Source of the DNA: Perkinsela sp. CCAP 1560/9
Lineage: Eukaryota > Protista > Euglenozoa: Kinetoplastea
NCBI GenBank assembly: GCA_965644495.1
Contig: CBFFSA010000016.1
Span: 62,001-126,000, forward strand
Reading direction: 5' to 3'
Length of the DNA: 64,000 nucleotides
Numbering within the stretch: the stretch's first letter is position 1; each line of letters begins with the position of its first letter. The notes beneath the pieces are model-generated. The model was not told the origin of the DNA. It searched no databases and saw nothing but the letters and a program-made list of their open reading frames with translations. The position numbers were made by a program, and so were the translations under genes. This document shows positions 52,661 through 63,302 of the stretch, one piece after another.

Positions 52661-53332
52661 TTAAACTGGAGGGGGTTTGTATCCGGACTGGGCGATGGGT
52701 AGAAACTGCTCCTGGCTTAGAGTATATTCCGCATTCATCCCTCCTCCTGGGGGAGGGGCCTGCATGTGCGCGTTCCGCGGATCCTGCGCCCCAACACCTC
52801 CATATTCTGCCATCTCCTGTTTGGTTACCTCACGCACCTCTGACCTTGTAAACATCACACTACCACGCTGTGTCATCAGGTAGCGCCGTGTCATAAAGGA
52901 CAGCTGGCTGTCTTCGGGTAATTTCATAATAGCTGCAATTCCCCATTGCTGGGAAAGAACGTACGGAATCGATGCCGCACAAAAAGCAAGGCACGTGCGG
53001 GAAAACGGAACGAAGGCTTTGGGAGGGTACCATGAATTAAAATGGTGCCAGGGTAGTTTTCCCGCCAGCCAGTAGGTGACGACGCCGGCGAGTGACATCC
53101 CGCCAGCCCCGTAGAAGGCCATTTTTTGTAACAGCCGTTGCTCCTCCATTGTCTTGTTGTCCGGGCAAAGCAGGTACTCCATCATGTCCTGGCGTGTCAT
53201 GCGACGGGTGAGTTCGTTGAAGGGTTGAACGTGCAGAGACCTTCCCGGGGTGCCTAACGTGCTGGTAGCTCCTCCGGAGGGGGTGCCGGGGTTGGAGGAG
53301 GATCCTGGGCGGCTGGTGATCTCGGTAATCAT
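52661..53332 (-). CDS. Hypothetical membrane protein (two hydrophobic segments)
   Basis: Intact ORF on the gene strand; first ATG at 53332. Confidence 0.75.
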   Translation of the reverse strand: MITEITSRPGSSSNPGTPSGGATSTLGTPGRSLHVQPFNELTRRMTRQDMMEYLLCPDNKTMEEQRLLQKMAFYGAGGMSLAGVVTYWLAGKLPWHHFNSWYPPKAFVPFSRTCLAFCAASIPYVLSQQWGIAAIMKLPEDSQLSFMTRRYLMTQRGSVMFTRSEVREVTKQEMAEYGGVGAQDPRNAHMQAPPPGGGMNAEYTLSQEQFLPIAQSGYKPPPV

Positions 53333-53503
53333 GTTGTGGGCAGAATATCCCACGCGTTAAATACGTATGAAAGTTATTTAAAAACAAGAATATCGAGAAA
53401 GATGAAAAATCAATTTTATAAAACGTTAAAATAGCAATTAGAGTGCGATATTTTTTTGCTGTGAGTTTCGAGCTCTATCGCTTGGTTGTAACATCACCAA
53501 ACC

Positions 53504-54328
53504 TCAAGTGTTTTCAACAGGAGACGAACTTTCGCCTCCTGCTACATGGCTCCTTCTTCCCATTAACATACGTTGCATGGGTTCTCTATGTGAGGCATTG
53601 CGCGCGAGACACTGTTGAACGGCGAGATCAAACAAGGAGGTCTGTGAAGTCGTCTTGTTCTCTGTATCCCCCGAAGTCGGTCTCCACCAACCCCCGAGCG
53701 CGTGAAGAAACAGCACCGCCCCTGTCACCGTCGTGGAGGCCAAACACAGATAACCACTCGCCTTCGAAAGCTCCGCCGCCGAAGCCTCCGAGGCCAATAC
53801 CACGGATCCTGTCGTGCTTGCTTCGGCAATGGAGGCATTTGCTTTCTCCTCCTCCTTACCCTCCCTCATTTCTGGAACCACAATCACCGTCGTACAGCTC
53901 GGCAAATCATACATCGCGAGCCCCCCATCCGCACACGCCAGCCCACATGCCATCACGGCGGCCTCCATCCCGGATCGCGGGTCCCACCCCATGTGACACA
54001 TCACCACGATCTCATAGTGCATCCGACCGAGCATCGGGAGGATAAGTGCTTTTCGAAGGGTCTGGGTAAGACTATGGGAAATCGTCCGTGTCAGCTCCGA
54101 GGCTTGCGGGGCTATGGACTCCGTTAGTCCCCCAGCGGCCAGCAGCCCGGTCCCACCCTCCAGGCGTACCGTGACATGAAGGTTAGCCTCCGGACGTACC
54201 TCTCCTGCGTGGAACTGCCGGGGGCCGTAGACCGCGGCGGTGATGTGGGCGTGGGGGAACTCGACATAGGCAGAGCCCAGAGAACTCTCGGCGATGACAC
54301 CGACGAGAGCGTGAAAGGGCGGGGACAT
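53504..54328 (-). CDS. Exosome RNase PH-domain subunit (MTR3/RRP41/RRP46 group)
   Basis: GSAYVEF...TAAVYGPR, AAVMACGLACADGGLAMYDL. Confidence 0.8.
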   Translation of the reverse strand: MSPPFHALVGVIAESSLGSAYVEFPHAHITAAVYGPRQFHAGEVRPEANLHVTVRLEGGTGLLAAGGLTESIAPQASELTRTISHSLTQTLRKALILPMLGRMHYEIVVMCHMGWDPRSGMEAAVMACGLACADGGLAMYDLPSCTTVIVVPEMREGKEEEKANASIAEASTTGSVVLASEASAAELSKASGYLCLASTTVTGAVLFLHALGGWWRPTSGDTENKTTSQTSLFDLAVQQCLARNASHREPMQRMLMGRRSHVAGGESSSPVENT

Positions 54329-54508
54329 GGGGAATGGAGGGGTTGGTAATGGAATTTTTGTATAGAAAAGCTTGAAAACCGTTAAGAAATACGTAAAAAA
54401 TGGTGTAGATAGAAAAAAATACTTTTTTTAGCAAACGATTGATAAATGCATATCACGGGTTTCATACTTGACTGACGCACAAACCGGCTTGTCTTCCCCC
54501 CCATAGGC

Positions 54509-55840
54509 TCAATAAAACGGACGCAACCGGGCACACCTCCACGCCAGCCTCTCCCTCCACCCTGGGGCGCTATCCCTTTTACGAAAGCTCACCACATGGC
54601 CGAACCCTGTGGCAATCTCACCATCGTTCCGTTCGTACACCCACCGCGACACCCACGGCAGGTGGGTCATCTCAAACCCCGCCTGCCGGTGGTGCGGCTC
54701 GCGACTCCGGTCATCCTCGGGGCGGTGGGTGAGATTCCCCCAGGTGTACCACATACTCCCGCTGGTGTAGGAGTTGGAGATCCCCAGCAGGAGGTACTCC
54801 CGCACACACCCCTCCTGGCGGAACTCCCGGGTGTAGTCCCTCTCCGGGGGCATGTCCTGGCAGAGCACCACCCCGGGGCGGTACTTCGCCAGCCCCTCCC
54901 GCACGGTCAGGGTCTCGACATCGATTTCGAGATCAAACGCGCGTTGGAGTCCCGCGGGGATGTGGAGTAAGTAGTTCGGTTTCGTGGGCTCCTCGTGGCA
55001 GGGGAGTACGGGAACGGGAATTTGGTTCGTACGATTCAGTAGATGCGCGAGACGACCGTTCATCGCGTTCACGAGGAGAATCGGGCGGGGAGGGGAGATC
55101 GCGGCCACGCGTTGGGAGAGGTAGGCGGCGAGGGCGTGGATGAATTCTTGGGTGTAGAGGAGACTTTGCTGCGTGGCCTCACAGAGGTAGCGCAGGGGGT
55201 GGAAGGAGTGGTGGTAGTTGCGGTAGAGGGCGTACCACTCGGGGAAGGTGAGGGGGGTGGAGGGGGGTTTTGCGGGGTCGCCCCCGTGCATGCGTTCGAG
55301 GGGGAAGCGGGAGATGACCTCGAGTGTGGAGAAGGGCTCGGGGGTGTACCAGTGGCGTCGAGGGAGGGAGAAACAGTGTCGCACCTCTGCGTGGGTGGGG
55401 AGGTAGTTGGGGAAAAACATTTTCTCAATGCCGTGGTAATCCAGGTTCCATTTCGGGTCTTGAAACTGTTGCGAGAGGATCTCCAGTCGTACCATCTGGA
55501 GTGCCGTGCTCAAGCGTTGTCGCTCCTGTTGTGAGGCGTTGTTGAAGGTCCTGCGAGCATTTTCTATCTGAGAGACGCTTTGGGGTTTACCGCCGTGGAA
55601 GAGGGGATCAATAGTGTTATGCGCAACTTCTGAGTGACGCGCAAGAAACGGTGCCACGGCGAAGGCGTGATCTCGTATTCTCGGAATAAATCCATACTCC
55701 GCATTTTCCGGAAAGCCGTGCCATTTTCTTCCATCCTCTTTTCCTCGCGAGAAAGATCTTGGGATAGGGCGGCTGTCTCCAGAGCAGCACGTGCGTCTCG
55801 AATTTGAATAAAGTGAGTGTGTCAGGGGTTTTCGTATCAT
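54509..55840 (-). CDS. Hypothetical protein, probably mitochondrial, possible methyltransferase-like fold
   Basis: Presequence-like N-terminus; YTQEFIHALAAYL...ILLVNAMNGRLAHLL resembles a degenerate SAM-binding motif; EGLAKYRPGVVLC, EYLLLG. Confidence 0.6.
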   Translation of the reverse strand: MIRKPLTHSLYSNSRRTCCSGDSRPIPRSFSRGKEDGRKWHGFPENAEYGFIPRIRDHAFAVAPFLARHSEVAHNTIDPLFHGGKPQSVSQIENARRTFNNASQQERQRLSTALQMVRLEILSQQFQDPKWNLDYHGIEKMFFPNYLPTHAEVRHCFSLPRRHWYTPEPFSTLEVISRFPLERMHGGDPAKPPSTPLTFPEWYALYRNYHHSFHPLRYLCEATQQSLLYTQEFIHALAAYLSQRVAAISPPRPILLVNAMNGRLAHLLNRTNQIPVPVLPCHEEPTKPNYLLHIPAGLQRAFDLEIDVETLTVREGLAKYRPGVVLCQDMPPERDYTREFRQEGCVREYLLLGISNSYTSGSMWYTWGNLTHRPEDDRSREPHHRQAGFEMTHLPWVSRWVYERNDGEIATGFGHVVSFRKRDSAPGWRERLAWRCARLRPFY

Positions 55841-56057
55841 TGGATTGGATGGTTTCCAGAACGGATCAGGTAGGATCCCATTTAAAACGTATTAATGGAG
55901 GAAGGCTAAGTTCTAAATTTCGGAGAAAGATGTTCCAAAGTTGATAAAATCAGTGCTAAATACTTGATCGGGTGTAGTACAATGTACAATGTACTATCGA
56001 CGCAGTTTTTAAGTTGAGTGCACGATGTCTGTTAATGTATTCCGAGATACATTTACG

Positions 56058-56661
56058 CTATATTAAAGACATGAACGATTCTCCAAGAATTTTTGTTTCC
56101 TGGAGTGCACAGTACGTCATGCCAAGTGGAAGTGACTTCTTTTCTACTTCGCCCGATAACATTCTATTTGCACGCAGACACAGACGTTTCAAGCCCGGTG
56201 GAAGAGACGAAAATATAACCCAGCCGCTTAATTGATTTGCAGATAGATTCAGGACGGTCATTGTTGGAGGCAGTTCGGTCAAAATAATGGTCCCTTCAAA
56301 AGAATTGTACGAAGCATCAAGGGATTCCAAGCGTTGCGGTAAACGTGTGAGATCTATTTCCCCATTTAAATGGTTTATGTGTGCGTTGAATCGGCGCAAA
56401 GCATACGGCAGAGATTCCCATCTTACAGACCCTTTCAGTCTTAGTCGCTCACAATCGAACCCAACGACTCTCCCGTCCGGGGCACATTGCACTCCAAACC
56501 AAGAGCAGGCGGGAACGTTTGTAACCCACGAACCTGAAGGATTTCGAATATTGGCCAACATTCGCGACAATACAAAAAGAAGGCACACCTTTCACTCGGC
56601 CGGGGCGGCAACACGTCACCTTGGTTCCCTCGTCTGCGAATCCACCGATTATAAGAAACAT
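56058..56661 (-). CDS. LP-type leucine-rich repeat protein, with an apparent frameshift near 56580
   Basis: ACSWFGVQC, repeats WESLP/LTRLP/LTELP/FSSLP with N.(L/F).G. The track ORF starts at GTG; ATG 56661 (MFLIIGGFAD...GRVKGVPS) is in another frame and joins across a T-run. Confidence 0.75.
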
Positions 56662-56913
56662 TAGAAGATAGGAATTAGATTTTTCCATCAAAGATCACAT
56701 CAAAGATCTGACAATAATTTTAATGCTTCATAGAAAGAAGCAAACAAAGAAATAGTAGAATCACAACGGTTTATACAGAAATACAGTTTATATAGGAATA
56801 GAAATACGTGGACATACAAGCTACATGTACAAGTCTGGACATACATACAAGCTACATGTATCTAGCTAGCTAGAGGTTATCAACCTTATTGTCTTAAGGT
56901 ATGTGCCCTAGAT

Positions 56914-58317
56914 TCAAAGTTTTTTTTCATCAATCAAAGAGGTCTCGAGCGCTTTCATATCACGGTGTAACAGTAATGCATTTTCCATATCGTCGCATTC
57001 AAGTGAAGGACATATTCCTAGGTACTCCAAAAGCTGTGTAGCAGAGTAGACCTCGCCCTTACCTGAACTTATCATTTTACCCAAGACACACTGAAGGGTG
57101 CCGCCAAACGTTTTAATTACATCACTGGTAAGAAATTTAATTAGGGAGGTTGCAAAAATCTGTATATCGCTATGCTTCGTAGAAGACGGACTATTACTTC
57201 TCTGAGGATACTCTTGAGAGCTCTCAAAATTCGAAAGTTTCATGACGATATCCGAAGAGGAATTCACGTTTAATCTCGAACTTACATAAACATTTTGAAT
57301 TATGGGATTTCCATGAAAGAGTCGCGAAGAGTGTAGTGTTGCGAAGGCACGCAATACATGTACTACAGATCGACGCACTATTCCCTCGTTTTTTCCCATT
57401 TTCGTTAGATAGTATTCAAGGTTTCCCTCTGGAAAGTGTTCTAAAAGCAAGAAGCCTAAGGAGAGAGATTCCTCCCACCAAGTAGAATGCAAGACAGAAA
57501 GATAACGACACTGTTCCGCAAGATGAAGGCATCGCATTTCTAGGCGAATACGGTGTTGCATTTCGGTGAGAGATTTAGCCGCAATAAGTTTGATTACGTA
57601 ATATTGGCTATCAAGCGTCCCTTTTACAAGGTTGCTACTACTATGACTATTTTTGTTTAAACAAATGCTACGTGCTTCCGAGTTATTCGAAGGGCTGAAC
57701 GTGACTTGATAGGGCTGCCCAGTGGTATATAAAACCCCACGTACACTCAGAGATTCAAGAACACTTGAGCTTGTATTCGTTTGCTTCGTCCGAGAATACG
57801 ATTTGGTTGTAAGCCCTCCGAATTTTTCGGCCACTTCCCAATCACCCTTCTCTAATGAATCATCGGCTTTTGTCGCAAAATGTACATTAAATACGTCGTC
57901 AGAGTTGTCGGTCTCTGTCGGAGATAACAAATCCGCCGGTAAACTACGTCCTCTACCTTTACCTCTCGTATAGCTACTTATGAGATCTTTCTCTTTAACA
58001 TCACTGTGTGCGAAAAGAGTGGGAGCTGTCACGGGGCATTGATGTCCCTTATTATTTCGCGTACCGTTTCCTCTCGCTATTTCCGGGCCCAGACCACGTT
58101 GCTGTGGGGTAAGAGAAAAAGTTGCGGAGGATCGGACGTACGTTTCTGAGCTTTCCCGAAATCCGATTCCAACCATCGTGTGTCGTCTTCTTCGGCGGTT
58201 CGGGAAGTCACTGAGCGCACCGGTGATCTCAGGTGTCTTTGTGGGAGTGGGCGGAGGCTCGAGACGATTACGGGGAGTCAGCTGGGGAGTACTAGGGGGT
58301 GTACGCCATGGGTTCAT
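56914..58317 (-). CDS. Protein kinase-like protein, probable pseudokinase
   Basis: YYVIKLI, LLLEHFPEGNL, FHGNPIIQNV (HRD absent), KLSNFE (DFG absent), SDIQIFA. Confidence 0.7.
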   Translation of the reverse strand: MNPWRTPPSTPQLTPRNRLEPPPTPTKTPEITGALSDFPNRRRRRHTMVGIGFRESSETYVRSSATFSLTPQQRGLGPEIARGNGTRNNKGHQCPVTAPTLFAHSDVKEKDLISSYTRGKGRGRSLPADLLSPTETDNSDDVFNVHFATKADDSLEKGDWEVAEKFGGLTTKSYSRTKQTNTSSSVLESLSVRGVLYTTGQPYQVTFSPSNNSEARSICLNKNSHSSSNLVKGTLDSQYYVIKLIAAKSLTEMQHRIRLEMRCLHLAEQCRYLSVLHSTWWEESLSLGFLLLEHFPEGNLEYYLTKMGKNEGIVRRSVVHVLRAFATLHSSRLFHGNPIIQNVYVSSRLNVNSSSDIVMKLSNFESSQEYPQRSNSPSSTKHSDIQIFATSLIKFLTSDVIKTFGGTLQCVLGKMISSGKGEVYSATQLLEYLGICPSLECDDMENALLLHRDMKALETSLIDEKKL

Positions 58318-58603
58318 AACACAAAAAAATAGAATACCTTTTAATGGCCGCGCTTCAAAACTATAAAGAAAAAACTATGAAGAGTGCCTATTCAGCGATT
58401 GTTAAATTATCTGGCATGTTAGAAAGTAAGATTTTTTCGCTACAAGACTATTAGAAGTCCCACAATCACTTGTACTGCATGTTACCAGCTTTACACTAGA
58501 AGCCTCGTACGTCTCGTAAAAAGTAGGAATAAAGAATCAGAAAGTCGTCAGCCCTCGTTGACACCGTCTTTCACAATTCGCTGGTCTACGTACTAAATAC
58601 TAT

Positions 58604-59260
58604 TTACGCGGACAAATCGTACTTCGATTTTGCCCCATTCACCACTTGTGTGAGATAATGGTAAAAGAAATCACAGTACAGTAATGTTTGTATGGTACCC
58701 GCAACCCAGCTCACGTAGGACACGTAGCCCTCCACTAGATAGCGGTAAATCCAGTTCAGGACGTAAAAAAAGCGATACGCTCCAAGACAAAATATATAGT
58801 GCGAAGTTAGCGCCTCATAGCGCTCTGTGTTCTCCAGAAGAAATATTTGTGGTAGGATAGCGACCGACTCTAAATACTCGCTGAACGTCCAGAGAACTTC
58901 TCGGCCTTCATGTAGAGTATGGCGATGAAACGTGAGTGCGAGAATCGCACAGAAGCCGATAAGGTACTGAACACGGAAGCTGTCGTTGACTCTGTCGTAT
59001 GAAGCCTTCCATGGGTTTCGGCAACGCATCAGGTAACAAATGTGATAGGAGGTAAACAGAAATATCATTTTCATCAACGAGTTGTAAGCACTGACGTACC
59101 GGGAGAACAGGTCAACGTAGCGCGTCGTGAATACCATCGCATAGAGAACTTGTGTTTTTAAGGAGATCCCCGCGGAGGTTCGGTGGCGTAACATTTTTGT
59201 GAGAAGAATGAGCACCGCGAGAAGGTGAAGCATATCACCGATCAACCGAAATAAGTTCAT
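58604..59260 (-). CDS. ERD2: ER lumen protein-retaining (KDEL) receptor
   Basis: MNLFRLIGDMLHL, GISLKTQ, RYVDLF, WTFSEYLESVAILPQ, LGAYR..Y..NW, QTLLYCDFFY. Confidence 0.98.
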   Translation of the reverse strand: MNLFRLIGDMLHLLAVLILLTKMLRHRTSAGISLKTQVLYAMVFTTRYVDLFSRYVSAYNSLMKMIFLFTSYHICYLMRCRNPWKASYDRVNDSFRVQYLIGFCAILALTFHRHTLHEGREVLWTFSEYLESVAILPQIFLLENTERYEALTSHYIFCLGAYRFFYVLNWIYRYLVEGYVSYVSWVAGTIQTLLYCDFFYHYLTQVVNGAKSKYDLSA

Positions 59261-59536
59261 GGGTGGGCAAAAAATAGTAAGACACTAGCAACTTTAAGAC
59301 TTTTTGAAAAGAAAACAAATAGGTGTGATAAACGCAAGTATTCACGCATCTACAATTTGACAAAATCTATATCGTATATTCACCGCCCAGGAAAATAATG
59401 TCGATATTTGTCCCTTTTTTTAACTAACGTCATCACACATCCTAATCACTGCTACAAACACAATTTATTATTGGGTACCATGGTTCTTGACCACCGCGAC
59501 CTATTGATACCCAGGTCTACACCCCTCCACCTCTTC

Positions 59537-61033
59537 TTACGAATTTTCCCCGTCTGTGCCATACTCATTACCACTAGCCACGGCACTGTACGCGGCCCCA
59601 GATCCTCGCTCCCCTTCCCGTGGCCCCCCAAAGAACTCCTTCACCTTACTCCCCACCCCTCGCAGCGCTCCAGGCAGCGACACGCTCCAGAACACGTGAT
59701 GTGGGAGCAGCCCAGGGCACGTGCGCTCGCCTTGTCGGTACCGCAGCAATGCTCCCCCGATAAAATAAACCAACACAGCGCTAACGAGCAGAAAGAACAC
59801 GATGGCTCCTCTAGAAAGTCCTGAAGTTGACGCAATAAAAGTATTTACCGCGCTTTCCTCTATTTCTTCTGTCGAAGCCGCCAATCTTGGATCCGGAACC
59901 ACTGCCGGGGCTACGGTGAGCTCGACTGGAATCATATTTGTTTCATTCTCCCTTTGCTCTGGCATCTTCGCAGCCAGGTACAAATAAAAAGGCCGCGGAC
60001 TGACTTTATTCGTTACCGGGCAGCACGCCGGGGAGGCCAGCAGCCCGACAGGGTTACTATAGGACTCACTACAAATCGCCGTCGTGAAATTTCGCCGTAG
60101 CATCTCCGGGCTCACCTCCGGACTGTGCGCGAGACACAACTGCAGCCCAGAGTATCCATTCGGCTGGGAGGGCGGCAGAAACGAACTCGCCGCCTTCGCC
60201 AGAAACGCCATACGGAGATGCTCCCCGGTAACCCTTAGCACTTGAAAAGGAATCCCCAACGTCCCCTCCTTCTCCCCTCCCTGGCTACTGTCTTTTACCT
60301 CCTTACCCGGGGCCGGCAACAAATACACCCGACTCAGTCCCTCCATCTCCAACGGGGGGATACACAACCGGCTGTTGGCGACGTAGGAATAGAAGGCGTA
60401 GGCGATTACTTGATGGCTACTGCTACTGCTGCTACTGTGACTACTACTGCTGCTACTCCCCCCCACCGCCTCCACCACAATCTCACACGCGAGTACCCCA
60501 CTTGTGCTCTTCGCCGCGAGTGGGGCTAAGTCCGCGGCGGCTAGATGGAGAAACCCCTCGAGAGGGGTCGCGGAGAGCGTGAAGGACTGATTCGCGTTGG
60601 CAAGAGCTCCAGAGGATGCGTGGAGGATTACGGTCATGCGTGTGTTATGGATTTTGGGGTTTGTAGAGGAAGAGGAAGAGGAAGAAGAACTTGAAGGACT
60701 AGAACTCGGTGAGACGCTCTCTCCCCGGGGATGTTCCTCAATGCCAAAGATTAAATCGGTGGAACCATCCGGGAGGGGGTAGGTGAAGGACATGCGGTAG
60801 TGATGGGGGGAGGGGAGGGGCTCGTGTGGGGTGAACGTAAAATTGCCTTGGGTGGCGTCACAGAGCATGACGTCGGTGTAGTCGGGGAGAAGGGGGGAGG
60901 GGGGAGGGGTGGGGGTGGGATCGGGAGCGAGTAGGGAGGTGGTGAGGAGGAGGGAGAGGAAGGGGAGGCAAAGGGGGGTGAAGAGGAAGAGGAAAGGCGG
61001 CGGTAGGGTAGAGCCGCTTTCCAGAGAGCGCAT
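59537..61033 (-). CDS. Type I membrane protein with ATG27/CD-MPR-like TM and tail
   Basis: Signal-like N-terminus; TM GLSRGAIVFFLLVSAVLVYFIGG followed by LLPHHVFW..LP and a YSAV sorting motif. Confidence 0.6.
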   Translation of the reverse strand: MRSLESGSTLPPPFLFLFTPLCLPFLSLLLTTSLLAPDPTPTPPPSPLLPDYTDVMLCDATQGNFTFTPHEPLPSPHHYRMSFTYPLPDGSTDLIFGIEEHPRGESVSPSSSPSSSSSSSSSSTNPKIHNTRMTVILHASSGALANANQSFTLSATPLEGFLHLAAADLAPLAAKSTSGVLACEIVVEAVGGSSSSSSHSSSSSSSHQVIAYAFYSYVANSRLCIPPLEMEGLSRVYLLPAPGKEVKDSSQGGEKEGTLGIPFQVLRVTGEHLRMAFLAKAASSFLPPSQPNGYSGLQLCLAHSPEVSPEMLRRNFTTAICSESYSNPVGLLASPACCPVTNKVSPRPFYLYLAAKMPEQRENETNMIPVELTVAPAVVPDPRLAASTEEIEESAVNTFIASTSGLSRGAIVFFLLVSAVLVYFIGGALLRYRQGERTCPGLLPHHVFWSVSLPGALRGVGSKVKEFFGGPREGERGSGAAYSAVASGNEYGTDGENS

Positions 61034-61303
61034 AAAGGTAAGATTCTTGTGAAATGAAGAATATAAAAGGCGAAGAAGTAAATGAATGTGAAAAGCAGAT
61101 ATGGTTTGTTTTTCTCTTTTATGGAAATTTTCGAGTATAACAAGAGTTGTTTTGAACTATGAAGCTCACCTATCAAGTAGAAAAAAGAAAACAGATTCAA
61201 AGGCGCGTGCGACATGATCCTGAGTCACAGGTTTAAATTTAGAGGAAGAGCGTCCGCTCAGGCTTGTGTGAGGTTCCTTTAAAGAAGGAACCAGCATAAA
61301 AAA

Positions 61304-61549
61304 CTATTTTTTCCTGTAAAGCTCTTCAAATTTTGCGAATGTTGCGGAGCAGATCATACCAGCCTGTAAGTGACGCTCGAGGCACCGCCTCATACAATCT
61401 TCTTCCCACCAGGTCAGTCGGTGAGTCCAGTAGGAGTGCACACATCGAGGACTACATGCTTCTGCCGCACTCATGTGTAGCCGATCCTCTTGAAGTCCTT
61501 TGAGAAATGAGAACTCTTGCTCCCACTCCGCGCTAAATCGAGAAGGCAT
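61304..61549 (-). CDS. Small Tim chaperone (Tim10/DDP family)
   Basis: Twin CX3C: CSPRC...EEDCMRRC; 81 aa. Confidence 0.85.
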   Translation of the reverse strand: MPSRFSAEWEQEFSFLKGLQEDRLHMSAAEACSPRCVHSYWTHRLTWWEEDCMRRCLERHLQAGMICSATFAKFEELYRKK

Positions 61550-61957
61550 ATCTATAAATTCGTAAAAACCTTATTGTATTGTTCTATTTTGTTTTATAAG
61601 GAGTAGCGCTGTCAACATAATTTAAAATACAGTTACATTGTACATTTCGCTTGATTACTGAAAATCTGTTTTACCTCTATTATAACTTTTCGACTTTACG
61701 CCACTCGGGTTGAACCTTCATAACGTAGAAGCACCTATAGTGTACATCCTTGTAAACTTTATATCCCTCTCGAAGATTCCACTTTTGCCTGAAAATTTTG
61801 ATGAACCTTCTTCGGATGCGAAAGTCATCGAGCGCTTCGTGTTCTTGGAGCTTGCGAGAGTAATTAGTTTATGGTGGGTAAGATATAAATTTATTTACGT
61901 TATTGACAGAAATCATAAATTATGAACGCGGGCGGGTGCTGACGTTCTCATTCGTTA

Positions 61958-63302
61958 TAGGGTTGAAACCTGTGGTTTCAATGGAGGATAACATCATTGA
62001 GATGTGCGCACAGTGGATAACTACGCGCATTCGCCAACTCTCTGATCTGCTTTGGAATGCAGAATGCTTTCGGTGGAAATTTTGCAAGCGAGAATTGTAC
62101 CGCGGCACGGTGGTTATGTTAGATGCTGAGTAGAAGTTTGTAAACGAGTGGAAATCTAGGCCAGATTGTTTGTGTACATTTTTTAAGGATGATGCTAGAG
62201 ACAAAGAAGCAACAAAAGATTACCGCGACCGTATAAAGTGAGAACTTTACATTTCTGGGATCAGTAATGTAGGAAAGTGCCCAGCACATGCCAAGAAATC
62301 GGATGTAACATATACAAAGCTAACGAAAAGTGAAATTCTGAGGAAAAATGAAAAGTTGAAACTCATACACGATGAAGAACAAACTTCCAAGAGAAAGTTT
62401 CGCAAGTATTCCAATCAGATGGACAAGAAAATGTTTAATCAGAACGAATAATTTGGTGAAAGTGAAGCATTATTGCGCCAAAAAAATATTTTTCTCCAAT
62501 TTTCAAATATTGGTTTGAAACAAGTATGTTTTCTTTTAGAGTGTCAGATTATTAAAAATACAAACTTTTTTCACGGTTTATCACTATGAACTGCGCACAA
62601 TAACACAATTAATTAAGTTGTCTGCTGGAAGCCGAACCGTAACGCGCACTGATGGGTGGCGAGCGAGTCGCTCGCTGGGAAAAGACTTGCGGCATGAGAC
62701 AGTTAATCGTCGACGATCTTTGGTGCACACCAACACTGTTGAACGCATGAGTGAGATACTCAAGAAGGCAGTACGATCCCGTGGGAATGGGACCCTTGGG
62801 TGCTTTGATGAAGAAAGAAAAGATTGACCAAAGTTCAGCGGAGACGTCGTCAATGGTCTGAAGATCGGAAACAGCGAGGGAGATCCTTTAAAACAGCTGT
62901 GCGAAGATCTCTAATTAATGTGAAGACTCATCTTTTTAGAAGCGAAATCAAAAGAAATAAGTAGTAGCGGCCCATAAACGTAAAAAGATATCTGCATTTA
63001 TTTTTTTCAAAAAAGGCGCAATAATGCTTCACTTTGACCAAAAATTTATTCGTTCGTTATTATAATGTTATCAGAATCCGTGATACTATCCTCAGCGGTA
63101 AAAGAGTGGAGGAAGGCGGGTGTCCGCTAATTATTAGATAGGGTGATTTTTACTGAGAAAAAAGAATATCAGAATAATTTCAGTAAGGGCACGACGGAGG
63201 TCAAGTATTCTTCACTATTTCTGACTAAGTACTTTTCTTCACTACGTCAGAGTGGACTTCGCGGGTTTTGCCAGGTTTTGCCTTTCGTAGGTTTCAACCC
63301 TC
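61958..63302. mobile_element. TIR element C, same family as element B (3-bp TTA TSD)
   Basis: TTA|TAGGGTTGAAACCT...AGGTTTCAACCCTC|TTA; reverse complement of 63195-63302 aligns with 7556-7593 joined to 7940-8010. Confidence 0.7.
62588..62913 (+). pseudogene. Merlin (IS1595/ISXO2-like) transposase relic
   Basis: TDGWRAS..L....HETVN.....VHTNTVE (consensus TDxWxAY...HxTVNH...HTNTIE); after an in-frame TGA it ends GDPLKQLCEDL. Confidence 0.8.

Noticed and set aside
61700-62450. Short + strand ORFs that look coding-like
   Set aside because: Broken frames with no recognisable domain; one crosses the left end of element C.
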